This document shows, one piece after another, positions 26,739 through 36,733 of a stretch of DNA of 64,000 bases; the first letter of the stretch is position 1; every line of letters begins with the position of its first letter. Location of the stretch: positions 1-64,000 of IMG/VR virus record IMGVR_UViG_3300047476_001538; one strand, 5' to 3'. Both the position numbers and the translations under genes were made by a program. The stretch comes from an uncultured virus (IMG/VR IMGVR_UViG_3300047476_001538). Its lineage: Duplodnaviria > Heunggongvirae > Uroviricota > Caudoviricetes. The notes under the pieces were generated by a model that did not search any database, was not told the origin of the DNA, and saw nothing but the letters and a program-made list of their open reading frames with translations.

Positions 26739-26743
26739 TTTTA

Positions 26744-27610
26744 ATGTCAGGTGCAACCGGCGCGGAAAGAATCAGAAGTCGTGATGATTATGTTCGCTTT
26801 TTGGAATCATATAGCAATATAATCTCAGCTTTTAATGGATTCAGATCACTTCAATCATCGGGTAGCTATTGCTCCGATTTATCAAAACAATCGTTTGGTG
26901 ATATTGATATTGTGGTTCACTTTGAATCTGAATTATCAAAAAAAGATTTGAAACTACAATTGATTAAATATCTTGAGGGATTGCCATCTGATACTATTGT
27001 TGAGTTTACTTCAGAAAAGTATAAGGGAAAGAGAAGCTATAATTCTGGTGAGATTGTTACTGTGAGGTATCATGATGCTGACTTGGGTTACAGTGTTCAG
27101 ATTGACAACATTATCGCATTGTCGGAAAACGAAGCTGAATTTAAGGTATCGTTCTTGAATATGCCAGCCGCAAAACAAGGATTGATTTTAGGTTTAGTTA
27201 AAACCGCACTGCTAGAAAATGATGCGAAGGGAATCTTTGATATTCTGAATATTCAAATAGAACCATTAAATGATAATCAGGAATATGAATTTAATCTGAG
27301 TTCATCTGAGCTTCAATTAAGGAAGGTAACCTATATTCCTAATACATTCACTCAGAGTGATCGTGAAGTGATTTGGCGCTCTGTTGACTTTGATGATGTT
27401 CTTAGCGTGTTGCCTCAGTATAACTTGAATCAGGGATTTGAAACATTATTAAATGTTGCTAAATACACTATACAGCATCCTCGCAGTTTTAATAGAGTTC
27501 GTGGTGTTTTTTCTTCAATGATAAGTGTAAAATCAGGTGAGAAAAATACTCCTAAAGGAAATGAAAAGCTACATTCACTTATGTTGGTTGAGGAGGCATT
27601 TTTACCATGA
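26744..27610 (+). CDS. Nucleotidyltransferase (Pol-beta superfamily)
   Basis: SGSY...FGDIDIV; VQIDN. Confidence 0.75.
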   Translation: MSGATGAERIRSRDDYVRFLESYSNIISAFNGFRSLQSSGSYCSDLSKQSFGDIDIVVHFESELSKKDLKLQLIKYLEGLPSDTIVEFTSEKYKGKRSYNSGEIVTVRYHDADLGYSVQIDNIIALSENEAEFKVSFLNMPAAKQGLILGLVKTALLENDAKGIFDILNIQIEPLNDNQEYEFNLSSSELQLRKVTYIPNTFTQSDREVIWRSVDFDDVLSVLPQYNLNQGFETLLNVAKYTIQHPRSFNRVRGVFSSMISVKSGEKNTPKGNEKLHSLMLVEEAFLP

Positions 27611-27618
27611 GTTAATCA

Positions 27619-28554
27619 ATGAAAATCAATGATATTATTAAAGAAGACGTATCGCAACAAGAGCTATCACAAATAGAAGTTTTTGCTAATAGATTATGGC
27701 ATAAGTATGGCATAGATATTGCATTTACAAAGCACTTTTTAGATAGAGTAAACGACTCAAGAAATAAAAAACCAATCTCAGCCGCAGAATTAGTTCGCCT
27801 ATTCAAAAAAGAATACGAACGGAATGGCAAGAAAATAGCTTCGTTGGACAATGGCGAACAAGGCGTATTTAAAGACACCTCCACGGATATCAACATTCCA
27901 TTTGCTGTGAGTGATCGGAATAACGATCACGAATTATTTGCAAAAACAATAATGCGAAAAAAGAACTTCGCATCCTCAAGTCCAGTGTTTGCTGTAGAAG
28001 AAGATCCATGTTGGAAAGGCTACAAACAATATGGAACCAAGAAGAAGGGCAAGCGCACGGTTCCAAATTGCGTTCCCGTTAGCGAAGATTATGATGAATA
28101 CAATGATGAAGCTGGAATGGCAGATAATAATCTTGAGACCATCAAGCGGGCCGCAGAAGGGTTAGATGACATTATTGCCGGCGACAAAAATCTACCAGAG
28201 TGGTGTCAAGAAAAAATCGCAGTAGCCAAGTATATTTTAGTATCCGTTTGGGATTATATGCTCAGTGAAGAAAATCAAGAGATTGATGAAGATTGGCAAA
28301 AAACCAACAAAAAAGACAAAACTGATGGCATGAGCAAAAAAGCGGTAAATGCTTACAGAAGAGAAAATCCCGGTTCAAAATTAAAAACAGCGGTGACCAC
28401 GAAGCCGAGCAAACTAAAGAAGGGTAGCAAAGATGCCAATAGAAGAAAAAGTTTTTGTGCTCGCTCAAATGGTCAAAGAAAACAGCATAACATAGATTGT
28501 TCTAAGACGCCGGACAAACCAATTTGTAAGGCGAGGAAACGGTGGAATTGTTAG
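27619..28554 (+). CDS. Multi-module putative virion internal protein
   Basis: MKINDIIKE leader; HFLDRVND module; DPCWKGY...VPNCVP; basic C-terminal RRKSFCAR...RWNC module. Confidence 0.75.
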   Translation: MKINDIIKEDVSQQELSQIEVFANRLWHKYGIDIAFTKHFLDRVNDSRNKKPISAAELVRLFKKEYERNGKKIASLDNGEQGVFKDTSTDINIPFAVSDRNNDHELFAKTIMRKKNFASSSPVFAVEEDPCWKGYKQYGTKKKGKRTVPNCVPVSEDYDEYNDEAGMADNNLETIKRAAEGLDDIIAGDKNLPEWCQEKIAVAKYILVSVWDYMLSEENQEIDEDWQKTNKKDKTDGMSKKAVNAYRRENPGSKLKTAVTTKPSKLKKGSKDANRRKSFCARSNGQRKQHNIDCSKTPDKPICKARKRWNC

Positions 28555-28566
28555 GAATAATATCAA

Positions 28567-29574
28567 ATGAGAGCAAAACAGTTTGTTTTTGAATCCAAGG
28601 AACAAGAGTGGCGATATATCTGGAATCTAAAAGATTCAGAATCCCTGACTACTGAAGAATGGTGCAGAGTAGTTGAACGACATCACTGCGGAACTCTGAT
28701 TGAGAATGACGTGAGTGATAACACGAGAATATTTGAAATGCTCAAAGATTTCGGAGTGGCCAAGCCCGAGGTAGGCGAGCATTATATTCCAGTCACTGTT
28801 ATGGCAGCGTCTAGCTTGATGATTTACGACATTGACGGGCGTTGTCCCCCAGAGAGTAAGCCTCGTCTGTTGGAGTTGGTGAAAATTAAAAACGGCGATT
28901 ATTATTTTGACAACAACGGCAGAATTCAACGTTATCCACAAGAGTGGCAATCTAAGGTAATGGTAGCAGAGACTCTGTGCATTCCAAACCTTGAACAGTA
29001 CAGGGAAATGGTTACCATGCTGCGGTTGGCCACTGACTCGGATAAGTTCAATAACTTATTGACCGAATCCTTGACCAGTCCATATCCTCTGAAACTGGAA
29101 TATGCTGATAGAAGCAAGATTGATTATTCGTTCAGAACTGATTCTGATGCCAAAGGCGATATTGAATTCTGGTCAAAAGGTCAAAATTCAGAATGGGAAA
29201 TGGCCTTTACTATCGACGGCAAGGTTGAACACCAAAATAGAAATACGGGTGAGGTTTTCAGAATATTCGCCACCGCCGCTAAAAGCGTTCAAATGTTCTT
29301 GAATACACCCGAAGGTTATAATATGTCCACTCTGAACATAGAGGCCAGTACTCACGAATTGTCAAGAGTTAAACTCTACGATAGAATGGTTCCTATACTA
29401 TCTAAGCTGGGATTGAAGTTTGCCGGCACGGACAATGTCGGACAATACAAAAACTACCACTTTGTCAATCCTGATAATCCACCTCAAGCAATATCTGAAC
29501 CCAATAAAAACTGGCGAGATAGTGCTGACTGGGAATTTATCGAAAATATCCGATCTGAACGGAGAAAACAATGA
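28567..29574 (+). CDS. Two-module putative virion internal protein
   Basis: MRAKQFVFE leader; C-terminal LTESLTSPYPL...FRIFATA...SRVKLYD module shared with polyvalent protein. Confidence 0.75.
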   Translation: MRAKQFVFESKEQEWRYIWNLKDSESLTTEEWCRVVERHHCGTLIENDVSDNTRIFEMLKDFGVAKPEVGEHYIPVTVMAASSLMIYDIDGRCPPESKPRLLELVKIKNGDYYFDNNGRIQRYPQEWQSKVMVAETLCIPNLEQYREMVTMLRLATDSDKFNNLLTESLTSPYPLKLEYADRSKIDYSFRTDSDAKGDIEFWSKGQNSEWEMAFTIDGKVEHQNRNTGEVFRIFATAAKSVQMFLNTPEGYNMSTLNIEASTHELSRVKLYDRMVPILSKLGLKFAGTDNVGQYKNYHFVNPDNPPQAISEPNKNWRDSADWEFIENIRSERRKQ

Positions 29575-29789
29575 GAGCAAAAGAATTTATTACAGGTTTA
29601 ACAGAAAATGCCAGCGTTGGTGGCACAAGTAGCGGCTCTGTGGCTGCCGTTAGTATGCCATTAGGTGGCACTATTAGCAGAGGCGGATCATTATTGTCAG
29701 GTCAGTCCACCGATGAAGAATTTCCAAATACTCCTGAGCATATTCGCAAAATGGCCAAGCAATGGAAGTCAAGTAACAAGAACAAATAA
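29571..29789 (+). CDS. Small putative internal protein
   Basis: MRAKEFITGLTE leader; ASxGGTSSGSVA. Confidence 0.75.
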   Translation: MRAKEFITGLTENASVGGTSSGSVAAVSMPLGGTISRGGSLLSGQSTDEEFPNTPEHIRKMAKQWKSSNKNK

Positions 29790-29823
29790 TTTTTGCTAAA
29801 TACTCCATTACACAGGATTCATT

Positions 29824-30261
29824 ATGTTAGCAGAACATCTAAAAATACTATTAGCCAGTACATTCTCGTACTATATTAAGGCGAGCTTTTTCCACTGGAA
29901 CTGCTCAGGAATGGCATTTCCAAGTTATCACAAGTTGTTCGGTGATATCTACGAAGGAGCACAAGACACGATTGATACGATTGCCGAAGAGATTCGCACT
30001 CTTAGAAGCCATGCACCAGGATCATTGATTAGATATTCTGAATTGACGGTCATACAGGATCAAATAAAAATACCAAAATTGGAGCTAATGATCTCTGAAT
30101 TATTGGCTGATACTGAGACGATGATTGCTTTGGTTAATGAATGTTTGCAATATGCAAAAGCCGAAGAGAAGGCCGACATAGAAAATTACATGGCTGAGTT
30201 GATTGCTTTTTATAGTAAGTATCGTTGGCAACTTGAAAGCTGCCTTGAAATAGAGGAATAA
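29824..30261 (+). CDS. dps: Dps-like ferritin (DNA starvation/stationary phase protection protein)
   Basis: FHWN, HxLF, DxIAExIR ferroxidase motifs; CTAAATA promoter. Confidence 0.85.
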   Translation: MLAEHLKILLASTFSYYIKASFFHWNCSGMAFPSYHKLFGDIYEGAQDTIDTIAEEIRTLRSHAPGSLIRYSELTVIQDQIKIPKLELMISELLADTETMIALVNECLQYAKAEEKADIENYMAELIAFYSKYRWQLESCLEIEE

Positions 30262-30264
30262 GTC

Positions 30265-31536
30265 ATGTACGATCCACTAATGAATGACATTCTCGCCAAG
30301 CTCAATTCAGTTGAATCTGCTGCTTCAAAAAGAAACAACACACCCAATCAACATTCTGGTAACGAAATGTTGGATATTCTAAAAAGGTTTGATTTGGCAG
30401 AATCCGGTAATAGCAAACTCACGCCTGTCAATGTCAAGCATGGACTGAATAAACAACAAAAAGCAGTTGGACAAGTAGGACCAGAGTTCAAGCCGAAGAC
30501 GACTAAGGTGCTTACTGCGCCAACTGACCCAAAAAATCCGTTCGCTGGTAAGTTAGTCGGCGGAAGTGAATCTCGGCGCAATACCAAGCCAATGATTGAC
30601 GAGGCAGAAGTATCAGAAGATTTATTATCAGATATCAAGAAGAGTCTATCGGATTATATAAAGCAAATTGATAGCATTGAGAAAAAAGACACGGACCTGA
30701 AAAAGAAGGACAACCGAGATACCGACCTAAAAAAGAAAGACAAACGAGACAGAGATTTTATTGTTCGGAAGGTAAAAGAAGACCCCACTCAGGAAAATCC
30801 GATTATTCAACCTAAGCCGGCCTCATTGGTCAATCCAACTGTTGCTGATACCGGTGCCAATCAGACTCCCACCGTAGATACTGATTCTTCAAAAGGTGTT
30901 CAACCAGTTGGCGAGACGCTAAACGATCCTTACAAAGTAGTATTGCGTGAGAACAGTTCTAGGTTTGTGTCATTCGTTGGGCATACCGACACAGGCGCAG
31001 AAATAGATGTTTACTTTACGAAACACGAAGACGATGACGAATATAACACATGGGAAGTGGAATTTGGTGTAAATGGGTCGTTTAACATCACTAACAAGGG
31101 CGACGCCTTTAGAGTGTTTTCCACTGTTTCGTATGCATTACAAACGTTTCTCGGTATGCGTCAAGGTCTAAAGGCAGATCGTATTTATTTTACAGCAAAA
31201 GAACCATCAAGAATCAAGCTATATCAGCGTCTTTCTAAAATGATCGTTGATTACGGGTTCAAGCGTGTACCACTATCTGAGCCGTGGAAGTTTCTATTTG
31301 ATCTTAATGAAGATGGCAGTAGTCAAGATAGATCATTTACCGCTGAATCAATCAAATCTCACGAATGCAACGGCAAGGTATTTGAAATCGTAGAGGGTGA
31401 GCATGGTGGATTTCATATTCGCCACAATAATAAATTATCACCATCTAAATTCAAGACATTTTTAGAGGCTGATACCGCACTTCAATTATTCACGCATCGT
31501 TTATCCACTACCGGTGATTATAGAGAAGAACAATGA
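30265..31536 (+). CDS. Multi-module putative internal protein
   Basis: Contains WEVEF.V.G.FNITNKGDAFRVF...EPSRIKLY module; segments bounded by xxES/xxEA. Confidence 0.75.
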   Translation: MYDPLMNDILAKLNSVESAASKRNNTPNQHSGNEMLDILKRFDLAESGNSKLTPVNVKHGLNKQQKAVGQVGPEFKPKTTKVLTAPTDPKNPFAGKLVGGSESRRNTKPMIDEAEVSEDLLSDIKKSLSDYIKQIDSIEKKDTDLKKKDNRDTDLKKKDKRDRDFIVRKVKEDPTQENPIIQPKPASLVNPTVADTGANQTPTVDTDSSKGVQPVGETLNDPYKVVLRENSSRFVSFVGHTDTGAEIDVYFTKHEDDDEYNTWEVEFGVNGSFNITNKGDAFRVFSTVSYALQTFLGMRQGLKADRIYFTAKEPSRIKLYQRLSKMIVDYGFKRVPLSEPWKFLFDLNEDGSSQDRSFTAESIKSHECNGKVFEIVEGEHGGFHIRHNNKLSPSKFKTFLEADTALQLFTHRLSTTGDYREEQ

Positions 31537-32012
31537 GAGCACATGAGTTCATAACGCCAGAATCAGATAATTTAGTATGGTTCCACATAGAGGGAAAACC
31601 GGCTATTGGTATCATAAAAAAGAAATTCGGCAAGGTAATTCGTGAATGCGGTGGTGTATTAAATGTTCCCGGCAAATACTGGACCCTTATTCAGAATTTA
31701 GCTTATACTGCTGGCGGATTGGCTGAACTCACTGATATGCCAAAGAAATGCGCCAAAAAAACTAAAGTCAAGTATAATGATAATACTGTAAACATAAATA
31801 CTGCTACGAAAACAATCACATTTGAATCATTGGATGATGAGGATGATTTGGAAGAAGAGGAACAAGAAAATGTTCTTACTCCACAATTTGATTTAGCAAC
31901 TGATAAAATCAATGATGCTGGCGCTGGAGTGCAAGCTCATACTCAAATAGATAATTACGTGCAAAGTGCATCTGCTACCCAAAAGCCCATTAAGAATGTA
32001 CCATCACCATAG
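31533..32012 (+). CDS. Putative internal protein
   Basis: MRAHEFITPE leader. Confidence 0.75.
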   Translation: MRAHEFITPESDNLVWFHIEGKPAIGIIKKKFGKVIRECGGVLNVPGKYWTLIQNLAYTAGGLAELTDMPKKCAKKTKVKYNDNTVNINTATKTITFESLDDEDDLEEEEQENVLTPQFDLATDKINDAGAGVQAHTQIDNYVQSASATQKPIKNVPSP

Positions 32013-32014
32013 AA

Positions 32015-32110
32015 CACCAAGGACCGTTAGCCGTTGTGGTTAACATAGGCGTCAGGCTTAGGATTGTGCCTGATATCAGAGAGACTCGCTACCTTTTTCT
32101 GATTTAAAAC
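32015..32110 (+). ncRNA. Candidate structured RNA (three adjacent hairpins)
   Basis: GTTAGCC/GGTTAAC, GTCAGGC/GCCTGAT, ATCAGA/TCTGAT with ACTCGCTACC loop; GC-richer than flanks. Confidence 0.5.
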
Positions 32111-32137
32111 AATTCACTTTTACGGCAGGGAAGAACA

Positions 32138-32245
32138 ATGGACTATGAAAATTTTGTTGGATTTGTGATGACTATCATCGTGGCTCTATACTTCATAGGG
32201 GCAACCACTTCAATTTTACTCAGTGAGTTTGGTGTCTTCCAATGA
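32138..32245 (+). CDS. 35-aa single-TM peptide (absent from ORF track)
   Basis: AGGGAAG RBS; MDYENFVGFVMTIIVALYFIGATTSILLSEFGVFQ. Confidence 0.5.
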   Translation: MDYENFVGFVMTIIVALYFIGATTSILLSEFGVFQ

Positions 32246-32280
32246 TTGTTATATTCACCTAAGCCAATTCACCTTTTTTC

Positions 32281-32322
32281 TTGAATTCTCTCACAGCATC
32301 GTCTATACTAACCCAGACGATG
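32281..32322 (+). promoter_or_regulatory. Sigma70-type promoter with -10 enclosed in an inverted repeat
   Basis: TTGAAT-N17-TATACT; CATCGTCT/AGACGATG. Confidence 0.65.
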
Positions 32323-32371
32323 AGAAATCCTTCACATCAATTTTTAACCACAACTCATATGAGGAGTACAA

Positions 32372-32635
32372 ATGTCCGCAAATAAGGTCTTTAACGCAAG
32401 CGAAAAAGTTAAATTGCAACAAATCATCAACGAAGGCATGAATGTCATGTCGGAAATTGAGGTTCTTAACGAAGGGCTAAAAGATACTATTAAAAACATC
32501 GCAGAAGAAATGGATATTAAGCCAGCGGTATTAAAAAAGGCAATCAAAATTGCTCACAAAGCTGGATTTACTCGCGAATCAGAAAACCACGAACTACTTG
32601 AAACTATTTTAATCACGGTAGGAAAAACTATTTGA
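32372..32635 (+). CDS. Small dsDNA-binding protein / transcription regulator (T4 DsbA-like)
   Basis: GAGGAG RBS; LKDTIKNIAEEMDIKPAVLKKAIKIAHK helical motif; directly before DNA polymerase. Confidence 0.65.
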   Translation: MSANKVFNASEKVKLQQIINEGMNVMSEIEVLNEGLKDTIKNIAEEMDIKPAVLKKAIKIAHKAGFTRESENHELLETILITVGKTI

Positions 32636-32636
32636 T

Positions 32637-35291
32637 ATGTATGTAGATGCTTTTCTAGAAAAAGAAAAGAATACAGTCTACGTTGTTGAACGATCTACTC
32701 ACGGTAAAAGGATATACCGTGAGTATCCGGTAGAGTATGTATTCTATTACCCAAACCAATACGGGAATCATCAGAGTATTTTTGGTACTCCCGTATCAAA
32801 ATTTAAAACAAACAATCATAAAGAGTTCAGAAAAGAACTATCAGTCCATTCTGGTGCAAAATTATTTGAATCAGATATTAACCCGGTATTCCGATGTTTA
32901 GAGAATAATTATCTTGATGCTACACCACCCAAACTTAATGTAGTATTCTTTGACGTGGAAGTGGCGTTTGATCGTGACCGAGGCTATGCGCCAACCGATG
33001 ATCCATTTAATGAAGTAACGGCAATCACTGTTTATCTTGATTGGATGGATCAAATAATCACACTTGCCGTTCCACCAAAAAATCTTACGATAGATACTGC
33101 CACTGATTTAGTGAAGGACTTTAGCAACACCTATCTTTTTGATACAGAAAAACAAATGTTATCTGTATTTTTGGATATGTTGGACGATGCTGATATTATC
33201 ACTGGTTGGAACAGCGGTGGATTTGATATTCCATATCTCGTAAATAGAATCGCCAAAGTATTAACAAGAGACGACAATAGAAAATGGTGCTTATGGGATC
33301 AATCCCCAAAAAGAAGAGTGTATGAGCGATTTGGAAGTGAGATTTTAACTTATGATTTAGTTGGTAGAGTTCATATGGACTACTACGATCTATACCGTAA
33401 ATTCACTTATGAAGAGCGACATAGTTATTCATTGGATGCCATCGGTGAATACGAGTTGGGAGATCGTAAGGTGTCCTACGAGGGTTCACTTGACCAACTT
33501 TATCATCAAGACTTCAAAAAGTTTATTGATTATAATAGACAAGACGTTATGTTAGTATTCAAGCTGGACCAAAAGCTAAAGTTCATGGAACTGGCAAATA
33601 CGCTGGCTCATAAAAACACGGTACTACTACCGACTGCATTGGGTTCGGTTGCCATGATTGAGCAAGCGATTATCAACGAAGCTCATAAACAAGGAGTGGT
33701 AGTACCAGACAAGACAAGATCGGATGGAATAGACACTCAAGCAGCGGGTGCATATGTTGCGGTTCCTGTAAAGGGAATGCATGAATATATCGGTTCTATT
33801 GATATTAACTCACTATATCCTTCTACACTTCGTGCATTGAATATGGGTCAGGAAACTATTGTTGGTCAAATTAGACCAACGATGACCGATGAGCATATTG
33901 CTAATTTAATGAGGGAAGGCAAGAAGGGTGGAGAACTATGGGATGGGCTATTCGCTACATTAGAGTATACCGCTGTTATGGAAATGCGAGATACACCTCT
34001 GATTTTAGATTGGAACGATGGTAAATCAGAAGAATTATCTGCCAGATTAATTTGGAAGTTGATATTTGATAGTGATTTGCCGTGGGGATTATCAGCCAAT
34101 GGTACTATTTTTACATTCCAAAAAGAAGCAATTGTTCCAGGTCTTCTGAAAAAATGGTATTCTCAGAGAAAAGAATTTCAAGCTAAATTGAATAAACTGA
34201 TTGAGAAAGATGCACCAAAAGAAGAAATAGATTATTGGGATAGACAACAGCACTCTATCAAAATTTTCATTAATAGCCTCTACGGCGCAATTCTCAACCA
34301 GCATTGCAAGTTTTTTGATAAAAGAATAGGCCAATCTACCACATTAACAGGTAGATCAATATGTAAGCATATGGCGGCAAAGGTAAATGAACTAATATGC
34401 GAAGAATACAATCATGAAGGCAAGTCAATAATTTATGGTGATACTGACAGTTGTTATTTCTCAGCGTGGCCGATAGTAAGCAAAGACCAAAATGCAAAAT
34501 GGGACAAGGAAATAGCCATTCGTGTATATGATTCAATTGCAGATCAAGTTAATGAATCATTTCCGTCCTTTATGGAACAAGCATTTCATTGTCCACGATC
34601 TTTTGGGGAGATTATCAGGGGTGGTAGAGAAATTGTAGCAAGGCGTGGGATTTTCATAACCAAAAAGCGTTATGCAGTGATGTATTATGACAAGGATGGA
34701 CACCGATATGACAATGATGGCAAAGTAGGTAAACTAAAAGCGATGGGATTAGACTTAAAGCGATCCGATACCCCAAAATTCGTTCAAAAGTTTTTAGTAG
34801 AGATACTTGAAGACGTGCTAAATGGCGGTAACAAAGAAGACGTTATTGAGAAAATTCTTGCATTCAAACTTCAATTTATGGAATTACCATCATGGGAGAA
34901 AGGAACTCCAAAGAGAGTGAATAATCTTACCAAGTTCACTGTAATGTATGATAAAAACGCAAGGTCCAATCTTCCCGGTCACGTAAGGGCGGCAGTCAAT
35001 TGGAATATCTTGCGAGAAATTAACAAAGACAACAAGGTCATGAAAATAAATGATGGTCAAAAAACTATCGTATGCAAGCTAAGAAATAACGCTTTAAATT
35101 GGACATCTATTGCATATCCGATTGACGAACAACATCTACCAAAATGGTTTCTTGAATTGCCGTTTGATGATAATCTGATGATGACCACAATCGTAGATAA
35201 AAAGATTGACAATGTCATTGGAGTATTGGATTGGAATTTAAGAGAATCCACTGAACTAACAAACACTTTTCAAAGCCTATTTGACTTCTGA
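32637..35291 (+). CDS. Family B DNA polymerase (T4 gp43-like)
   Basis: Exo I FDVEV, Exo II GWNSxxFDIPY, Exo III YNRQD; DINSLYPS, KIFINSLYG, YGDTDS, KKRY. Confidence 0.97.
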   Translation: MYVDAFLEKEKNTVYVVERSTHGKRIYREYPVEYVFYYPNQYGNHQSIFGTPVSKFKTNNHKEFRKELSVHSGAKLFESDINPVFRCLENNYLDATPPKLNVVFFDVEVAFDRDRGYAPTDDPFNEVTAITVYLDWMDQIITLAVPPKNLTIDTATDLVKDFSNTYLFDTEKQMLSVFLDMLDDADIITGWNSGGFDIPYLVNRIAKVLTRDDNRKWCLWDQSPKRRVYERFGSEILTYDLVGRVHMDYYDLYRKFTYEERHSYSLDAIGEYELGDRKVSYEGSLDQLYHQDFKKFIDYNRQDVMLVFKLDQKLKFMELANTLAHKNTVLLPTALGSVAMIEQAIINEAHKQGVVVPDKTRSDGIDTQAAGAYVAVPVKGMHEYIGSIDINSLYPSTLRALNMGQETIVGQIRPTMTDEHIANLMREGKKGGELWDGLFATLEYTAVMEMRDTPLILDWNDGKSEELSARLIWKLIFDSDLPWGLSANGTIFTFQKEAIVPGLLKKWYSQRKEFQAKLNKLIEKDAPKEEIDYWDRQQHSIKIFINSLYGAILNQHCKFFDKRIGQSTTLTGRSICKHMAAKVNELICEEYNHEGKSIIYGDTDSCYFSAWPIVSKDQNAKWDKEIAIRVYDSIADQVNESFPSFMEQAFHCPRSFGEIIRGGREIVARRGIFITKKRYAVMYYDKDGHRYDNDGKVGKLKAMGLDLKRSDTPKFVQKFLVEILEDVLNGGNKEDVIEKILAFKLQFMELPSWEKGTPKRVNNLTKFTVMYDKNARSNLPGHVRAAVNWNILREINKDNKVMKINDGQKTIVCKLRNNALNWTSIAYPIDEQHLPKWFLELPFDDNLMMTTIVDKKIDNVIGVLDWNLRESTELTNTFQSLFDF

Positions 35292-35366
35292 TTTAACCTT
35301 TTTCCTTGACACATTTTACCATAAACAGTAAAGTTAAATAGCAATCAACAACAATATGGAGAAATA

Positions 35367-36089
35367 ATGAAAGACTATCTTCACGATTTAGTGAGTCACA
35401 CATTTGATTTAGGTGGTATCGGCTTAATTAAAATAACGGGAACCGATACAGAAACTCTCATCAATGCTGTTGCAGACGATAAATCTGTGGTAGTAGAGGG
35501 AAAGTTTTTAAAGCCATCTGCCGATTTTATTGGCACGTTTGGTATGCCCAATCTTAGCAAGCTAAAGATTCTTCTCAATCTACCTGAGTATAAAGAGAAT
35601 GCCAAGCTAACATTGACTCATAAAGAAGAAAATGTTCCTGATGGCATTGATTTTGAAAATGCCGCAGGGGATTTTCATAATAACTACCGATTTATGGCAC
35701 AAGCGGTAGTTGACGAGGCTTTGCGTGTTCCTCGGTTTAAGGGCGTCAATTGGCACGTTGAATTTCAACCCACCGTAGTTGGTATTCAGCGATTAAAGAT
35801 GCAAGCACAAGCACATAGCGAGGAAACCAGTTTTCAAGCTAAGACTGAAGAGAACGATCTTAAATTCTATTTTGGAGATCATTCTACTCATGCCGGTGAT
35901 TTTACATTCCATCATGGTATATCCGGCAATCTGAAGAAACCTTGGTCATGGCCGATTAAATCAATAATCTCCATTCTTGATCTTACTGGAGATAAGATTT
36001 TTAAAATCAGCGACGATGGCGCGGCAATGATTACGGTTGACACGGGTCTTGCCACCTATAATTACATTTTACCAGCACAAACAAAGTAA
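35367..36089 (+). CDS. DNA polymerase sliding clamp (gp45/PCNA-like)
   Basis: 240 aa, directly after polymerase, ends Y.YILPAQ. Confidence 0.65.
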   Translation: MKDYLHDLVSHTFDLGGIGLIKITGTDTETLINAVADDKSVVVEGKFLKPSADFIGTFGMPNLSKLKILLNLPEYKENAKLTLTHKEENVPDGIDFENAAGDFHNNYRFMAQAVVDEALRVPRFKGVNWHVEFQPTVVGIQRLKMQAQAHSEETSFQAKTEENDLKFYFGDHSTHAGDFTFHHGISGNLKKPWSWPIKSIISILDLTGDKIFKISDDGAAMITVDTGLATYNYILPAQTK

Positions 36090-36097
36090 CTAAGAAA

Positions 36098-36361
36098 ATG
36101 GCTAAAGTAAAAAACCAACCAAACCCAGCAGTAGCAAAGATTTTTGATGATCTTGCTAAATTTTTGAACTTTTGCAGAGATTATGGATATCGGTTTAACG
36201 AATCCGATCTATACAACTTCAAGAGCTACCCTTGGCAACAATATAACAAGTTTATCAATGGAAAGAACGCCAAGGATATGTGGGCAGAAGACATCAGGCG
36301 GTTAGGAGGAAGATTCTCCAAACCAGTATTCACTTCAAGTGATCCAAGCACTACTGCTTAA
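36098..36361 (+). CDS. Hypothetical phage protein
   Basis: IFDDLxxFxxFCRDYGYxFNExDLY motif. Confidence 0.8.
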   Translation: MAKVKNQPNPAVAKIFDDLAKFLNFCRDYGYRFNESDLYNFKSYPWQQYNKFINGKNAKDMWAEDIRRLGGRFSKPVFTSSDPSTTA

Positions 36362-36372
36362 AATCACTACAT

Positions 36373-36407
36373 GACTCTTGGGTAATCTGATTACCCAAGA
36401 GTTTTTC
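36373..36407 (+). terminator. Intrinsic terminator
   Basis: ACTCTTGGGTAAT-ctg-ATTACCCAAGAGT then T-run. Confidence 0.75.
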
Positions 36408-36422
36408 TATAACAAGTATAAT

Positions 36423-36707
36423 ATGACAGAAAAAATATCTTCTCCAAACCACTATCAAGGATTAAATGACCTTGAAGTTATTGATGTTATTGATATATTC
36501 AATCTGAATTTTTCACGCGGGTGTGCTGTTAAATACGTTCTTAGAGCAGGACACAAGTTAGAAGAAGGATATACCAAGGAAGAAAAAGAAATAGAAGATT
36601 TAGAAAAAGCGATTTGGTATATTACGCACGAAGTAAATTTAATAAAGGAAAGGTCGTCCATTGCCGATACAGAAATTCTCACCATACCAACATCTCAGTC
36701 TAAATAG
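36423..36707 (+). CDS. DUF3310 family (T7 gp1.7-like) protein
   Basis: PNHY, E.ID.I, G.A.KY..RAGHK, EDLEKAIWY. Confidence 0.85.
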   Translation: MTEKISSPNHYQGLNDLEVIDVIDIFNLNFSRGCAVKYVLRAGHKLEEGYTKEEKEIEDLEKAIWYITHEVNLIKERSSIADTEILTIPTSQSK

Positions 36708-36733
36708 TTTCGGCATGTAACACAGGTAATTTA

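Noticed and set aside
32637-35291. Intein or intron in DNA polymerase
   Set aside because: Single 884-aa ORF with normally spaced motifs.
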